A stretch of 64,000 bases of DNA from Thermoproteota archaeon (GTDB lineage Archaea > Thermoproteota > Thermoprotei_A > EX4484-217-1 > JAPDJV01): NCBI GenBank assembly GCA_029258925.1, contig JAPDJV010000004.1, positions 4,645 to 68,644 on the forward strand, in the 5' to 3' direction. The notes under the pieces are model-generated. The model had not been told where the DNA came from. It saw only the letters and a list, made by a program, of their open reading frames with translations, and ran no database searches. The translations under genes were made by a program, and so were the position numbers. Below are positions 9,781-20,294 of this stretch, in pieces; position 1 is the first letter of the stretch, and each line of letters starts with the position of its first letter.

Positions 9781-11175
9781 TTATTTAGCGTATCTGGCCC
9801 ACTCGTATAATGCTCCAAGTGCTCTAACTGCTTTCTCAGGTGTGAACGGGTATGCTGGTATCCCTGCTTTCTCCTCAATGTATTCCGCTGCCTTCAACAC
9901 CTCGAGGTCTCCGCTTAAAGATACTACGATTGGCTTCTCAACACCTTTACTCCTTGCTTCCTCGACTGCCTCCACAACTGACTTGGCGAACTCCATTGGT
10001 GGAGTTATTATTGTGTGCCAGTATCCCAGTATTATTGCGTGGACTTCTGGGTGCAGTATTGCTGTTTTAACTGCTCTTGCCTGCATGTCCGGTGTTGAAG
10101 AGCCTGTTATGTCCATGGGGTTCTTGAAGGATCCGAATGGTGGTATGAACTTCCTGTACTCCGAGACAAGGTCTTCCGGGGGTTCCATGAGTCTTAGATT
10201 GTTGTCGTAGCACGCGTCAGATAATAGTACTCCGAGCCCTCCCGCGCTAGTGACTATTAGAACGTTTTCTCCTTTTGGTTTAGGTAGCATTGCTAGTGCT
10301 CTGCCAAGCTCAAATAGTTCTTCAAGACTGTATGCTCTTATTACTCCTGCTTTCTTGAATGCGACGTTTACTACTTGGTCTATTGTTGTTAGTGCTGCTG
10401 TGTGGGATGCAGCAGCCTTTGCTCCTAGCTCTGTTCTCCCCGCTTTCAAAACTATTATCGGCTTCTTCTTGGATACTTTGCTCGCGATCCTAATGAACTT
10501 CCTCCCGTCTCTAATGGACTCCACGTGTAGGGCTATTGCCTTAGTGTACTTGTCTTCGCCTAGGTATTCTAGGAGGTCTGCGTGGTCTAGGTCAGCCATG
10601 TTGCCTAAGCCAACGTTCAGGGATAAACCTATCCTCTTTATCCTAGCGTAGCCTAGAGCAGCCATTCCCACTCCCCCGCTCTGACATATTACTGCGAGAG
10701 AACCCTTGTAGTCGTATGGTATTGTGAACGATGAGCTTAGTGATGCTGGTGGACAGTAGACTCCGTAAGTATTTGGACCTATAATTCTAATACCGTAGCT
10801 TCTCGCCGTTTCAACAAGCTTTCTCTGTAGTTCATGGTTTCCTATCTCGGCGAAACCCGAAGATATTACTACCGCGACTGGAACATTCTTCTCTGCTAGA
10901 TCCGGTATTATGTCTGGTATAGTGTCTGCTCTTATGGCTATGAAGGCGTGGTCTACTTCTCCAGGTATATCCTTAATTCTGTTATATACTTTCAATCCCA
11001 GAATCTCCTTGGCTTTAGGGTTGACCGGGTATATTTTCCCCTTGAACCCCCCATCTATTAGGTTTCTTAGGACAGCGTTCCCTACTTTACCTGGCTTAGT
11101 GGATGCGCCTATTACAGCCACGCTTCTAGGCCTGAAGAATCTCATGAGTTTTTTCACAACATTCTCCGAAGCCAT
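9781..11175 (-). CDS. acdA: ADP-forming acyl-CoA synthetase alpha subunit
   Basis: SVAVIGAS CoA-binding domain, IIGPN, SGG, AAASHTAAL phospho-His. Confidence 0.92.
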   Translation of the reverse strand: MASENVVKKLMRFFRPRSVAVIGASTKPGKVGNAVLRNLIDGGFKGKIYPVNPKAKEILGLKVYNRIKDIPGEVDHAFIAIRADTIPDIIPDLAEKNVPVAVVISSGFAEIGNHELQRKLVETARSYGIRIIGPNTYGVYCPPASLSSSFTIPYDYKGSLAVICQSGGVGMAALGYARIKRIGLSLNVGLGNMADLDHADLLEYLGEDKYTKAIALHVESIRDGRKFIRIASKVSKKKPIIVLKAGRTELGAKAAASHTAALTTIDQVVNVAFKKAGVIRAYSLEELFELGRALAMLPKPKGENVLIVTSAGGLGVLLSDACYDNNLRLMEPPEDLVSEYRKFIPPFGSFKNPMDITGSSTPDMQARAVKTAILHPEVHAIILGYWHTIITPPMEFAKSVVEAVEEARSKGVEKPIVVSLSGDLEVLKAAEYIEEKAGIPAYPFTPEKAVRALGALYEWARYAK

Positions 11176-11194
11176 GATCTCACACTCTAGAGCT

Positions 11195-11896
11195 TCATGA
11201 GAGTATTATTCTCGCGTCTACGACTTTCAAACCCTTCCCCTCCTCGTAGAGGAATATGGGGTTCAAGTCCATTTCTGAAATGTGTTCCTCTAGTTCGGAA
11301 ACCATGTTTGAAACCTTGAGCAAAGTGTCTACTAACGCTTTTATGTCGGCCGGCGGCGCTCCGCGGTACCCTTTTAGTAGGGGTGCACTTTTTATTTCAT
11401 CTATCATCTCATATGCTTCCTCAACTGTTATAGGTATGAGCTTGAAGGATACATCGTTTAACACTTCAACAAATATTCCACCCAAACCAAACATCAATAC
11501 TGGTCCAAATGAGACATCTCTTATAGCACCTATTATGATCTCCCTCCCCATGGGAGCCATTTCCTGGACAACTACACCCTCAATTCTAGCATCGGGTTTA
11601 TGCTTCAAAACGTTTTCAATGATCTTTTTATAAGCCTTCTCTACCTCCTCCTCGCACCCAATATTCAACATCACTCCGCCAACATCACTCTTATGCAGTA
11701 TGTCTGGTGAAAGAATTTTCATTGCAACTGGGAAACCTATTTCCCTAGCTAAGCTAACAGCTTTGTCAACACTTTTAGCGACACCTAGCTTCGTCACAGG
11801 TATTCCGTAAATAGATAGAACCTTCTTGGACTCCACTTCTGTGAGAGCTTTTCTCCCCTCCGACCTCACTTTATTAAAAATTTCGAGAACACTCAT
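11195..11896 (-). CDS. acdB: ADP-forming acyl-CoA synthetase beta subunit (ATP-grasp)
   Basis: HKSDVGGV, FGPVLMFGLGGIFVE, EMDLNP, VVDARI. Confidence 0.92.
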   Translation of the reverse strand: MSVLEIFNKVRSEGRKALTEVESKKVLSIYGIPVTKLGVAKSVDKAVSLAREIGFPVAMKILSPDILHKSDVGGVMLNIGCEEEVEKAYKKIIENVLKHKPDARIEGVVVQEMAPMGREIIIGAIRDVSFGPVLMFGLGGIFVEVLNDVSFKLIPITVEEAYEMIDEIKSAPLLKGYRGAPPADIKALVDTLLKVSNMVSELEEHISEMDLNPIFLYEEGKGLKVVDARIILS

Positions 11897-12178
11897 TTAT
11901 TAACACCAGATGACCATATAATATAACCTTTATATTTAATTTACCATAAAACACGAATTTAATTATTTGGGTTTCAGCACTAATTTTCATGTTTTCTCCG
12001 TTTTCAAGAAACTCGGTTTTTAGAGAATGTTGTTCTCCGAAGCTGTCCTGGCAAGTCTCCGGGTTACAGCTTGTTTCCATGAAGTCTCGGGTGTTTAAGG
12101 TTTTTCGTGGAAAACCTTATTGGCTTCCAGTGTAAAGTGGTGTAGACTAGCAGTTATTTAATTGCTGTTGGGTGGGGG

Positions 12179-13021
12179 TTGTTGGAGAGGGTTAAGTGCT
12201 CTATTGCAGTTGTTTACTCGGTGAACGATCTGGCTGGCTCAGGTGCAGCTAAATATTTGAAAGAATTCTTGGGTAAGGGCTTCATCCGTGAAGTTGGGGG
12301 TGGACAGTTTTACGTTAGGGGGGACGTGGTGCTGACTGGCTTCGAGGAGAACGTGCTGTTCTTCGACTTCCTAGACGAATTATTCGATGTTGGCGAGGCA
12401 TATATTGTTTTATCTAAGCATAGGAGTGTTGCTGGTGTTAAGAGCTTAACAGTTCATCACCCGGGCAATCCTGGACCTGAAGCACTCTACGGGGGTAGGC
12501 CTAGAGAACTGGCATACGCTTACCCCAGGCTTCAGAAAACTCTCCTCAAGAACCTCCATGAAGTAGCTGTGGAGAAGGGTTTGGTAGGCGAGTACGATGT
12601 TGTCTTAGAGGTGACTCATCACGGTCCAACAAGCTTGTCGAAGCCGGTATTATTCATTGAGATAGGTAGTAGCGAGGAGGAGTGGCGCGACGAGAGAGCT
12701 AGAGAGACTCTTGCGCTAGCAGTTGCGAGAACTCTAGAAGAATACAAGTCAGCTAAGTGTAGGCCGGTCATAGGTTTCGGGGGACAACACTACGCGCGCA
12801 AACATACCAGGCACATGCTTGAATCAAACGATGCATACGGCCACATTCTAGCAAAATATATCTTAGACCTTGTTGATGACAGCGTTTACAGGCAGGCTGT
12901 TGAGAAAAGCGTTGAGAAACCTGTCGCGATAATTGTTGAGAAGAAGAGTGTTAAGGGGCGGCACAAGGCCGCTGCGAAGAGGCTTTCCGAAATGTATGGT
13001 CTTGAAGTAGAGTACATTTAA
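12179..13021 (+). CDS. dtdA: Archaeal D-aminoacyl-tRNA deacylase
   Basis: SKHRS, LTVHHPGN, EVTHHGPT, FIEIGS, GFGGQHYA. Confidence 0.92.
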   Translation: MLERVKCSIAVVYSVNDLAGSGAAKYLKEFLGKGFIREVGGGQFYVRGDVVLTGFEENVLFFDFLDELFDVGEAYIVLSKHRSVAGVKSLTVHHPGNPGPEALYGGRPRELAYAYPRLQKTLLKNLHEVAVEKGLVGEYDVVLEVTHHGPTSLSKPVLFIEIGSSEEEWRDERARETLALAVARTLEEYKSAKCRPVIGFGGQHYARKHTRHMLESNDAYGHILAKYILDLVDDSVYRQAVEKSVEKPVAIIVEKKSVKGRHKAAAKRLSEMYGLEVEYI

Positions 13022-13204
13022 CATTCTAGATAGTAGCTCTGGGTTTGTGGCGCTTCATGGTGTCAAATCATGAGGCATTGCCAACGATAATGTCGATTTG
13101 CCGTTGAGAAGGCTATTGCCTCGGAAAGATTAATGTGGAGAAGGGGAATGTAGGGAGAGAATTGTTGAGGCTGAATCGGTGGTGAGGATCTTAGTTTTTC
13201 CACG

Positions 13205-13861
13205 CTATACTTTGTCACCTCCTAATCCTGTTTGAAGTAATTTGTCTAGCTGTTGTTTTGATGCTAAGATTTTTATTGCTGTATACTCTATTCCCAAATC
13301 TATTAAATGCCATTCTAGGAGTGGCCATCGATCGCAAGGTACTAGAGCAAGTCTTGGTGCCAGCTTTACAGCGCCCATTTTCTCCAAGAGCCCCCGCGCC
13401 CTCCACTTATGCCCATTTTTGACCACGGTTACGCCTGTTAGTTTCCTCAACTTCGATTTCGGACCACTATACTTGAGGAGAATTATGTACGTGTAGTTTG
13501 GGGGCAGAGTTTTTAATGGCTCACACCTATAGCTATGGTAGAGTACTAGCCCCTCTTCGAGAGCCTTACGGTACACCCCTGACCTCTTGGCCTCCTCAAC
13601 TGTGACGGAGTAGGGTTGTATTATGGGTAAATTGTGTTCGTAAGCTTTATCCGAAAACATATTCATGCATTTTTCAACGGATTCCTCATCGTCGAACACA
13701 AGTAGCAAATCTATATCACTCTTACTTCTAGCCTCTCCACGTGCATAACTGCCATAGAGTACTATTTGAAGTATACTGGGGCACTCTTCCAACAACTCCT
13801 CTATTAATAGCTGTAGTCTCTCAATCACTAGGTTGAGGGGTAGAGCCAATGATTCTCTCAA
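13205..13861 (-). CDS. Minimal nucleotidyltransferase (MNT) with extra C-terminal domain
   Basis: LYGSYARG..SDIDLL motif plus about 100 aa C-terminal extension. Confidence 0.85.
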   Translation of the reverse strand: MRESLALPLNLVIERLQLLIEELLEECPSILQIVLYGSYARGEARSKSDIDLLLVFDDEESVEKCMNMFSDKAYEHNLPIIQPYSVTVEEAKRSGVYRKALEEGLVLYHSYRCEPLKTLPPNYTYIILLKYSGPKSKLRKLTGVTVVKNGHKWRARGLLEKMGAVKLAPRLALVPCDRWPLLEWHLIDLGIEYTAIKILASKQQLDKLLQTGLGGDKV

Positions 13862-14216
13862 CCTCCTGAACGAACTTTTCAGCTAACTCTAGAGAGCGTT
13901 TAGCTAGCCCACCGTTCTCAAGAGAGTATGTTGAGCGACCAGAATACCTTGCCAAATCATTAAACATTCTCACCAGTCTCCTATCAACTAGTCCACGTCT
14001 AACAGCCATGGTTAGCCAGTAAGCTCGTGAACTATGACTGTCTAATTCTTCAGCTTTACCGGGATCAAACCTATAAGCTAATGCTATAACCGCATGTTCT
14101 ACAGCGTGGAAACATAGTAGGGGAACACTATAATATGAACCACGCTTATAGAGTACTTGAGCATCTTCTAAGAACATTTTTGCAACGGCCAAATGCCTCT
14201 CCAATTCATTATGCAC
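13821..14216 (-). CDS. HEPN domain protein
   Basis: AKMFLEDA..Y..FHAVEHAVIAL..SH helical pattern; adjacent to MNT. Confidence 0.8.
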   Translation of the reverse strand: MHNELERHLAVAKMFLEDAQVLYKRGSYYSVPLLCFHAVEHAVIALAYRFDPGKAEELDSHSSRAYWLTMAVRRGLVDRRLVRMFNDLARYSGRSTYSLENGGLAKRSLELAEKFVQEVERIIGSTPQPSD

Positions 14217-14573
14217 CTAAGAACATAATAGAATAAAGAAGTTATTTAAACCTTATGCCCCAAAAACATAAGCTATACGAACCTCGTCTAATGCAAAATA
14301 AAATGTAATACTATATTGCCATACACAGACACGTCAATCGTCACAACAGGGAAGCAAAGCAATTGCACTCTAAAATCCTATTAGCTAACAGCCTTGCAGA
14401 CAGATTTTAATAAAGAATCAGTGTTCTGCCAAAGAAAAATGATTGAAGTTAGGAGTTAGTGTAAGTGGGCTCAGCGATCTAGTTAGGTAAGTCTTGAAGA
14501 GGATTCGAGTAGTGCAGATCCTCGTAAACTCTTCCAACACTACACAGGTTACTCTCCTCAAGGTCCTGTTAGA

Positions 14574-14900
14574 TCATGGTTTAAGCCTCTTAGAGAGTTC
14601 TGCCTCCTCGTATAGTGTTAGAGCTGATAGCACAAGTATTACTAGCCCTAGAAATAGCATTGCCAGTAGGCTTCTGCTCCACGCAGCGGAAAGCGTGTCA
14701 ATCCAGTCCATCAGCAACTCCTTGTCCGGCGGGTGCTTGGATAAAGCTATGCCAACAATGTCTCTAGTAAGCGAGATCATTGTGGCTTCCTTCAGAAACA
14801 AGTAAACAGAAAGGACTAAGGCAAAGACTCCTATAACAACCCCAACGATCCCAACAAGTCTTAAACATGTTAGCCTAACCAAAGTACAGCTTCGCCTCAA
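14574..14900 (-). CDS. Hypothetical membrane protein (2 TM)
   Basis: Two long hydrophobic segments. Confidence 0.5.
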   Translation of the reverse strand: MRRSCTLVRLTCLRLVGIVGVVIGVFALVLSVYLFLKEATMISLTRDIVGIALSKHPPDKELLMDWIDTLSAAWSRSLLAMLFLGLVILVLSALTLYEEAELSKRLKP

Positions 14901-15349
14901 CTATCATTATGGTTCAGCCCTATAATTTTAATTCCAGAATGAGATTCTCTGGAACCATGTGGACGACTCCCCACATTTTCTAGTTAAGGCATTCTCACCA
15001 GTGAGGGCCCCACTATGTTTGTTGAGACATCAAGGGATTGCATGCTGCGGGGTTTGATTAGAGAGTGTAGGAGGGAAATAAAGGGTCATGTAGGTAGGCT
15101 TGGTAATTCTGTTGGAACACATCTTGAAGAAGAATTTAGGCAATGAGGGTCTTTGCGTACTCTCCAGTAAGTGATGGTAATTTTGTTTCCCTGGCTGTAC
15201 GCCTTCAGAAGCGAGTACTCGCTATCCCCGTGTAGCCCTATCATGTAATATTGTGTTTCGAGGAAAAAGATAAATTAACCAGATATGTATGATAGAGAAC
15301 AGACGCCTAATTTTGCATCAATAGTTTACTGGGAGGATGATATAGCAAC

Positions 15350-16132
15350 ATGAGTTTGAGGAGAATTCTCGAAAAAGTGTCTGCTGGCGAGCTCAGCGTA
15401 GATGAGGCGGAGAAGGCTTTGAAAATATTTGCTTTAGAGGAGATCGGGGACTCTGTCAAATATGATTTGGGGAGGGAGTATAGGAGGGGTGTTCCGGAGA
15501 TAGTTTTCGGCGAGTACAAGGATGTTGAAGCCCTCAAGTCCATAATATTCAGAGTTGTTGAGAGAAGTGGGAGAGTTATTATTTCGAAGATTAGGGATGA
15601 TCAACTTAAGCTCGTGAAGAGTCTTGATGGGAGATTCGATGTTAAAATCAATGAGAGGGGTAGGATAGTGGTTGTCAGGAAGAAGGGCTTTAAACCCCCT
15701 AATACTGGTGGGAAAGTGGGGATTATAACAGCTGGAACAGCGGACATACACTTAGCTGAGGAGGCTAAGACCATTGTTGAGGAAATGGGTTGTAAAGCTG
15801 TTACAATATATGATGCTGGGATAGCGGGATTCCATAGAACGGTCAACGCTGTTAAGAAGATTGTTGAGGAAGATGTTGACGTATGTATTGTGATAGCTGG
15901 CATGGAGGGAGCTCTACCCTCAGTAATAACATCATTCCTAGACATACCGGTAATAGGTGTTCCATCATCTAAGGGCTACGGTTTCGGCGGGAGAGGAGTC
16001 TCGGCACTAATGTCAATACTTCAATCCTGCACTCTAGGACTGCTGGCCGTCAACATTGATAACAGTGTGGGTGCAGCAGTAGCAGCTGCTCTAATAGCAA
16101 ATAGGGTTGCTAAATATAGGTGTAGGAAGTGA
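15350..16132 (+). CDS. larB: NPN biosynthesis carboxylase/hydrolase LarB
   Basis: R.GVPEIVFGEYK, TAGTADI..AEEA, DAGIAG, AGMEGALPS, GVPSSKGYG, VNIDN. Confidence 0.95.
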   Translation: MSLRRILEKVSAGELSVDEAEKALKIFALEEIGDSVKYDLGREYRRGVPEIVFGEYKDVEALKSIIFRVVERSGRVIISKIRDDQLKLVKSLDGRFDVKINERGRIVVVRKKGFKPPNTGGKVGIITAGTADIHLAEEAKTIVEEMGCKAVTIYDAGIAGFHRTVNAVKKIVEEDVDVCIVIAGMEGALPSVITSFLDIPVIGVPSSKGYGFGGRGVSALMSILQSCTLGLLAVNIDNSVGAAVAAALIANRVAKYRCRK

Positions 16133-16151
16133 TGTTTGGAGAGGTGGTTTA

Positions 16152-17408
16152 ATGGGTAGGTTATTAATTTTTGATCCGAGAATAGCTGGTGTATCGGGAG
16201 ACATGATACTTGGAGCACTCCTGGATATAGGTGGAAGCGAGAGGGTTCTAGCAAAATTGGCTGAAGCTATTGAGAGAGAAGTAGATCATGTGGACGAGTT
16301 AAAGATTGAAGTGAGAGACGTTTGGAAGTGTGGGATAAAAGCTAAGAAACTCGAAGTAAACTTGAAGCAACACTTAGACCACCACCATCACGAGAGCGCT
16401 GTTGATCTAAGAGAAGACATGCTACGGGTAGCAGAGAGCATCAAGATAGGAGAGGAAACGTTGAACAAGGCTCTAAAAGCACTGGACCTGCTCATAGATG
16501 CCGAGTGCAGTGTTCACGGTGTTGAGAGGGAGAAAGCCCATTTCCACGAGCTAGCGTCAGCCGACACAATATTCGACATATTGGGGACGATGATGCTCCT
16601 AGAAGACTTGGGCTTCGCTGAAACCGGCTCAAAAATAGTTTCGCTCCCAGTTGCTGTGGGAGTGGGAGAAATACGTATGGAGCACGGAGTAATACCTGCT
16701 CCAGCCCCGGCAACGCTGGAGATAATAAGCTTGAAGAACATTCCATTCCTGCTTAAAAACGTTAACGCGGAGCTTGCAACACCGACGGGAGTAGCGCTTC
16801 TAGCATCAATAGTAGACGTGTTCGCGGACAATTTGCCTGTAGTAAGCGTTGAGAAAGTAGGTTATGGTGCTGGATGCAAAGATATTAAGAGAATACCAAA
16901 CGTTCTAAGAGTTTTCACAGCCAGAACTCTTGGAACCAGCATGATTGAGCCTATAGTAGTGCTTGAAACAAACGTGGACGACACTCCTGGCGAAGTAATA
17001 GGACATGCTGTGGACAAGCTTTTAATGGAGGGAGCGCTGGACGTCCAAGTACTGTTCTCCCTTGGGAAAAAGAACAGGCCATTCCATATAATACAAGTAT
17101 TAGCTAAGCCGGGTATGGAGGAGAAGCTTGCCAAAATATTGATGAGGGAAACAGGGACTCTCGGGGTTAGAGTACATGAAATATACAGGTACGTTGCTGA
17201 TAGAGTAGAAAAACCCATAGACATCGAGATTAGAGGGAAGAAGTACGAGCTTAGAATTAAGGAGTCTAAGCTTGAAACAGGCGAAATCGTCAACGTGAAA
17301 CCCGAATACGACGATCTGAAAAAGATATCTGAGGAAACAGGCGTTCCATTATCTAGGCTGAGAGCTAGCGTATTGAGGAAGGTCCTCGGAGGAGAATTTG
17401 GGAACTAG
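16152..17408 (+). CDS. larC: NPN biosynthesis nickel insertase LarC (full length, no frameshift)
   Basis: AGVSGDMILGAL, His-rich HHHH, HFHEL, PAPATLEI, TPTG, ETNVDD, KKNRP, ETGTLGVR, KPEYDD; ATG at 16152 after GAGGTGG. Confidence 0.95.
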   Translation: MGRLLIFDPRIAGVSGDMILGALLDIGGSERVLAKLAEAIEREVDHVDELKIEVRDVWKCGIKAKKLEVNLKQHLDHHHHESAVDLREDMLRVAESIKIGEETLNKALKALDLLIDAECSVHGVEREKAHFHELASADTIFDILGTMMLLEDLGFAETGSKIVSLPVAVGVGEIRMEHGVIPAPAPATLEIISLKNIPFLLKNVNAELATPTGVALLASIVDVFADNLPVVSVEKVGYGAGCKDIKRIPNVLRVFTARTLGTSMIEPIVVLETNVDDTPGEVIGHAVDKLLMEGALDVQVLFSLGKKNRPFHIIQVLAKPGMEEKLAKILMRETGTLGVRVHEIYRYVADRVEKPIDIEIRGKKYELRIKESKLETGEIVNVKPEYDDLKKISEETGVPLSRLRASVLRKVLGGEFGN

Positions 17409-17549
17409 ATTTGAAAAAGGTTTGAATTTTAAAAGTTTAAGCATATTTCTTCTTTTAGGTGTTACTAGTCTATTTTGAAGGTGTTAACACAAATTTAATT
17501 TATTTTTAAACTATAGTTAAAAAATAGAAATTGTGCAGAGGTTATAAAA

Positions 17550-19376
17550 TTGGAGTTTGAACGTGAAAAAGTTATTCTAGCCGCCACCATGGCGGCAACA
17601 TTTAAGCCCGATTTAATGACCAACGATAAAATAGAAGCTGCAACAAGGGGACATGGAACTCTAGTTATACCCGTCCTATGCGCTGCCAACTCTATAGCAG
17701 AAGACATTTTGAGAGGCATAGACGTAAAACTTGTTGACGCGTCAGCACCGGAAATACCGCTCGACATAATTGTTGAGAGAGCTATTAAAGCAGCTAAAAA
17801 CGCGGGGGCATCGCCTGAAAACGCGGCTCTAATAGTTGCAGCACTAGCATACTTCTCAGGTGCAGCGGCTAGAGCAGGAGTTCCAATGGCTAACAGGAAG
17901 CTTGGAGCACTTGCAAGAATACATGCTGGAGCATGCAGGACGAGCGCGATTGCCCTAGTAACAAACAAGTTTACTCATAGAATACCAGCATTCCCAGCTT
18001 ACAAAGCAGTATACGAGCTTCTACTCGAGAAGAAGCTTACGAGAGTTGACGGTGCAAAGCTTCCACCATTCATAGCTGGCGGAGCAATATATGGTCACAG
18101 CGCTCTAGGAGAAGACATTAACGTCCCGGAGCTAGCGAAGAACGCTGCGAAAGTGGCAACAGAGGCAATGATGAAGGCTATGGAGGGTGCTGGGATAACA
18201 GCATACCCCCTCTGGCCAGCTCTAATAGGTGCAGCAGTAACTATGGAAATAGTTCACCCAGACTCCTTCCTAGGAGAAGAGTATGGTCCATTCGGGACCG
18301 TTGACTCAGCTTATGCTGCAGGCTTAGGCGCAGTTGAAGCAGCTAAGCTACCTGCTAAAATACATGTTAGAGGTACTGGAGAAGAATTCGACACCGCGAA
18401 GGTTATAGGGGACTTCGGGCTGATATTGAAGGATATTGGAGGGCCATCCGTAATCGGCTCAATGGCATTGAACGAAATATTCGCTGGATTCCAGGAGTCA
18501 GCTATAATTGGAGCAGGCTTCTCAGGCGGACCGGTCAACCCGCCGCTGGGACACCTATGCGGAGATGTTGTTCCAGCAATAAGGCTACTATTGAAGCATG
18601 GAGGAGACGTGTATAAGGCAGCCGAGGACGTCAAGAAGTACAAGTTAGAATCTTTCATAGATCCCGAGATGGCTCTGTGTGCTCTAAACACTATTGCTAG
18701 GAAAGCGGAGGAGGTCATGAGAGGCCCAGTAACTAGAACACTGATATTGGCAAGCGAGGACACTAGGGATAGGGCAATCTATAGGAGAGCTGTGAAGGCA
18801 TACGAGATGATTAAGGCTGGGAAGAGCGTTGAGGAAGTTGCTAGAGTTCTAGACGAGGAGAGGAAGGAGTATGTTGAGAAGAGGGGTTCAATGATACTAT
18901 CCGCTTTCACAGGGAAGAAGATAGAGTTGAAGTTCACCGAGCTGAGACCACAAGCCAGGAGGAAGGATCCGTTCACGAAGAAGTACTGGGGATTCGACTC
19001 CTACATAAGCTACGATGTAGTGATAGAGGATAAGAAGTATCACATCGAAAACCTTTCAGCTAAAGCAGTACCGGAATACGTGTTGGAAGGTAAGGGTGCA
19101 GAAGACCCGCTCTACGGTCTAGCACTGTTCGCTGGAGCAGTTATTGCCCAGGAACTCCAGTACATTGGGCACACAATAATAAACGTCACTGTTCCAGCAG
19201 CAGTAGCAGCAATATTAGGCTTAGATCCAAAGGAGGCTGCTAAGGCAGCTGAGAGGGGAGCATACTTAACTAGGGCAATACCAGGAGCAAAGGAGAACGC
19301 TAAGGAAGTTGCGAGAATAGCCAAGAAAATATACGAGGCTCTCCTACAGGAGAAGCACGAAATCCTCCCACCCTAA
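17550..19376 (+). CDS. Hypothetical 608 aa Ala/Gly-rich protein embedded in the lar locus
   Basis: Long ORF with enzyme-like motifs GGAIYGHSALGED, EIVHPD and GGPVNPPLGHLCGD; no family recognised. Confidence 0.85.
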   Translation: MEFEREKVILAATMAATFKPDLMTNDKIEAATRGHGTLVIPVLCAANSIAEDILRGIDVKLVDASAPEIPLDIIVERAIKAAKNAGASPENAALIVAALAYFSGAAARAGVPMANRKLGALARIHAGACRTSAIALVTNKFTHRIPAFPAYKAVYELLLEKKLTRVDGAKLPPFIAGGAIYGHSALGEDINVPELAKNAAKVATEAMMKAMEGAGITAYPLWPALIGAAVTMEIVHPDSFLGEEYGPFGTVDSAYAAGLGAVEAAKLPAKIHVRGTGEEFDTAKVIGDFGLILKDIGGPSVIGSMALNEIFAGFQESAIIGAGFSGGPVNPPLGHLCGDVVPAIRLLLKHGGDVYKAAEDVKKYKLESFIDPEMALCALNTIARKAEEVMRGPVTRTLILASEDTRDRAIYRRAVKAYEMIKAGKSVEEVARVLDEERKEYVEKRGSMILSAFTGKKIELKFTELRPQARRKDPFTKKYWGFDSYISYDVVIEDKKYHIENLSAKAVPEYVLEGKGAEDPLYGLALFAGAVIAQELQYIGHTIINVTVPAAVAAILGLDPKEAAKAAERGAYLTRAIPGAKENAKEVARIAKKIYEALLQEKHEILPP

Positions 19377-19382
19377 CCTTTT

Positions 19383-19874
19383 TTAAATATTTACCTCAAG
19401 CATGCCGCTTAGAGCAGCTGACTCAACAATCCTCTTCATAAGTCTAATAGGCTTTATCACGCCTCTCTCACTTAAAATTCTACTGAGCCTAACCAGGTCG
19501 TCGAACTCCGCTTTAACGAACACTACTTCACCCTTATGGTAAACTCTTTTAACACGCACAGCCTCCTCCACCCCAGCCCTGCTACACTTAACAGTAACGT
19601 TGACAAAATCAAATGGTATACTATGATGAGCACACTCGATAACCCTGTAACCAGTGATCCCAAGCTCTCTCACCAACACTTCAACAACACCATCAACGTG
19701 CTCTTCGTCGACATCTATGAGAACAACATAACTTGGCCTATTCTTCTTCGAAATAGAGGGGATAACGTTTATACTGTTCACCTTAAGGGAACTCGATAAT
19801 TGAATTAAGTGTCCTATCGACTCACCCGTAGTGCTGTCAACACTTATTACCAGAAACATCAATATCTTCCTCAA
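19383..19874 (-). CDS. Stand-alone LarC C-terminal domain protein
   Basis: VDSTTGESIG, SKKNRP, RELGITGYR, KAEFDDL match the C-terminal half of LarC at 16152. Confidence 0.8.
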   Translation of the reverse strand: MRKILMFLVISVDSTTGESIGHLIQLSSSLKVNSINVIPSISKKNRPSYVVLIDVDEEHVDGVVEVLVRELGITGYRVIECAHHSIPFDFVNVTVKCSRAGVEEAVRVKRVYHKGEVVFVKAEFDDLVRLSRILSERGVIKPIRLMKRIVESAALSGMLEVNI

Positions 19875-20294
19875 TTAAAAGTCAACTGGACAGTATTTAA
19901 GGTTAATCAGCACCCTCAAGTTCAAAAAGCATGCAACTGAGGGAGCCTGAGAGAATCTATGGATACAATGAGTTGATGTTTAAATTTATGTTAAGTATAA
20001 GGACGTGCTTAACTCCTACACACCTAAAGCACGTGTTAATAATGAACTGTCATAGACACGTATGTTAAAAGCATGTTATGAAGTAACGTATTGGTGTGTC
20101 TTCGCCTCATCGCAACGCTCCAATAATTTTTGTTCACACACAATCCTTGTATGATCTTTTAAATATTGAAGTGTTTCAATAAATTTTTCTACATATTAGC
20201 ATCTTGAAATAAATTTATTTTTATTGCATAAATAGAGCATTTTTGGAAAAATTTTTAAATTTGAATTCTGTTGTATACTTAGAGGAGAAAAACT

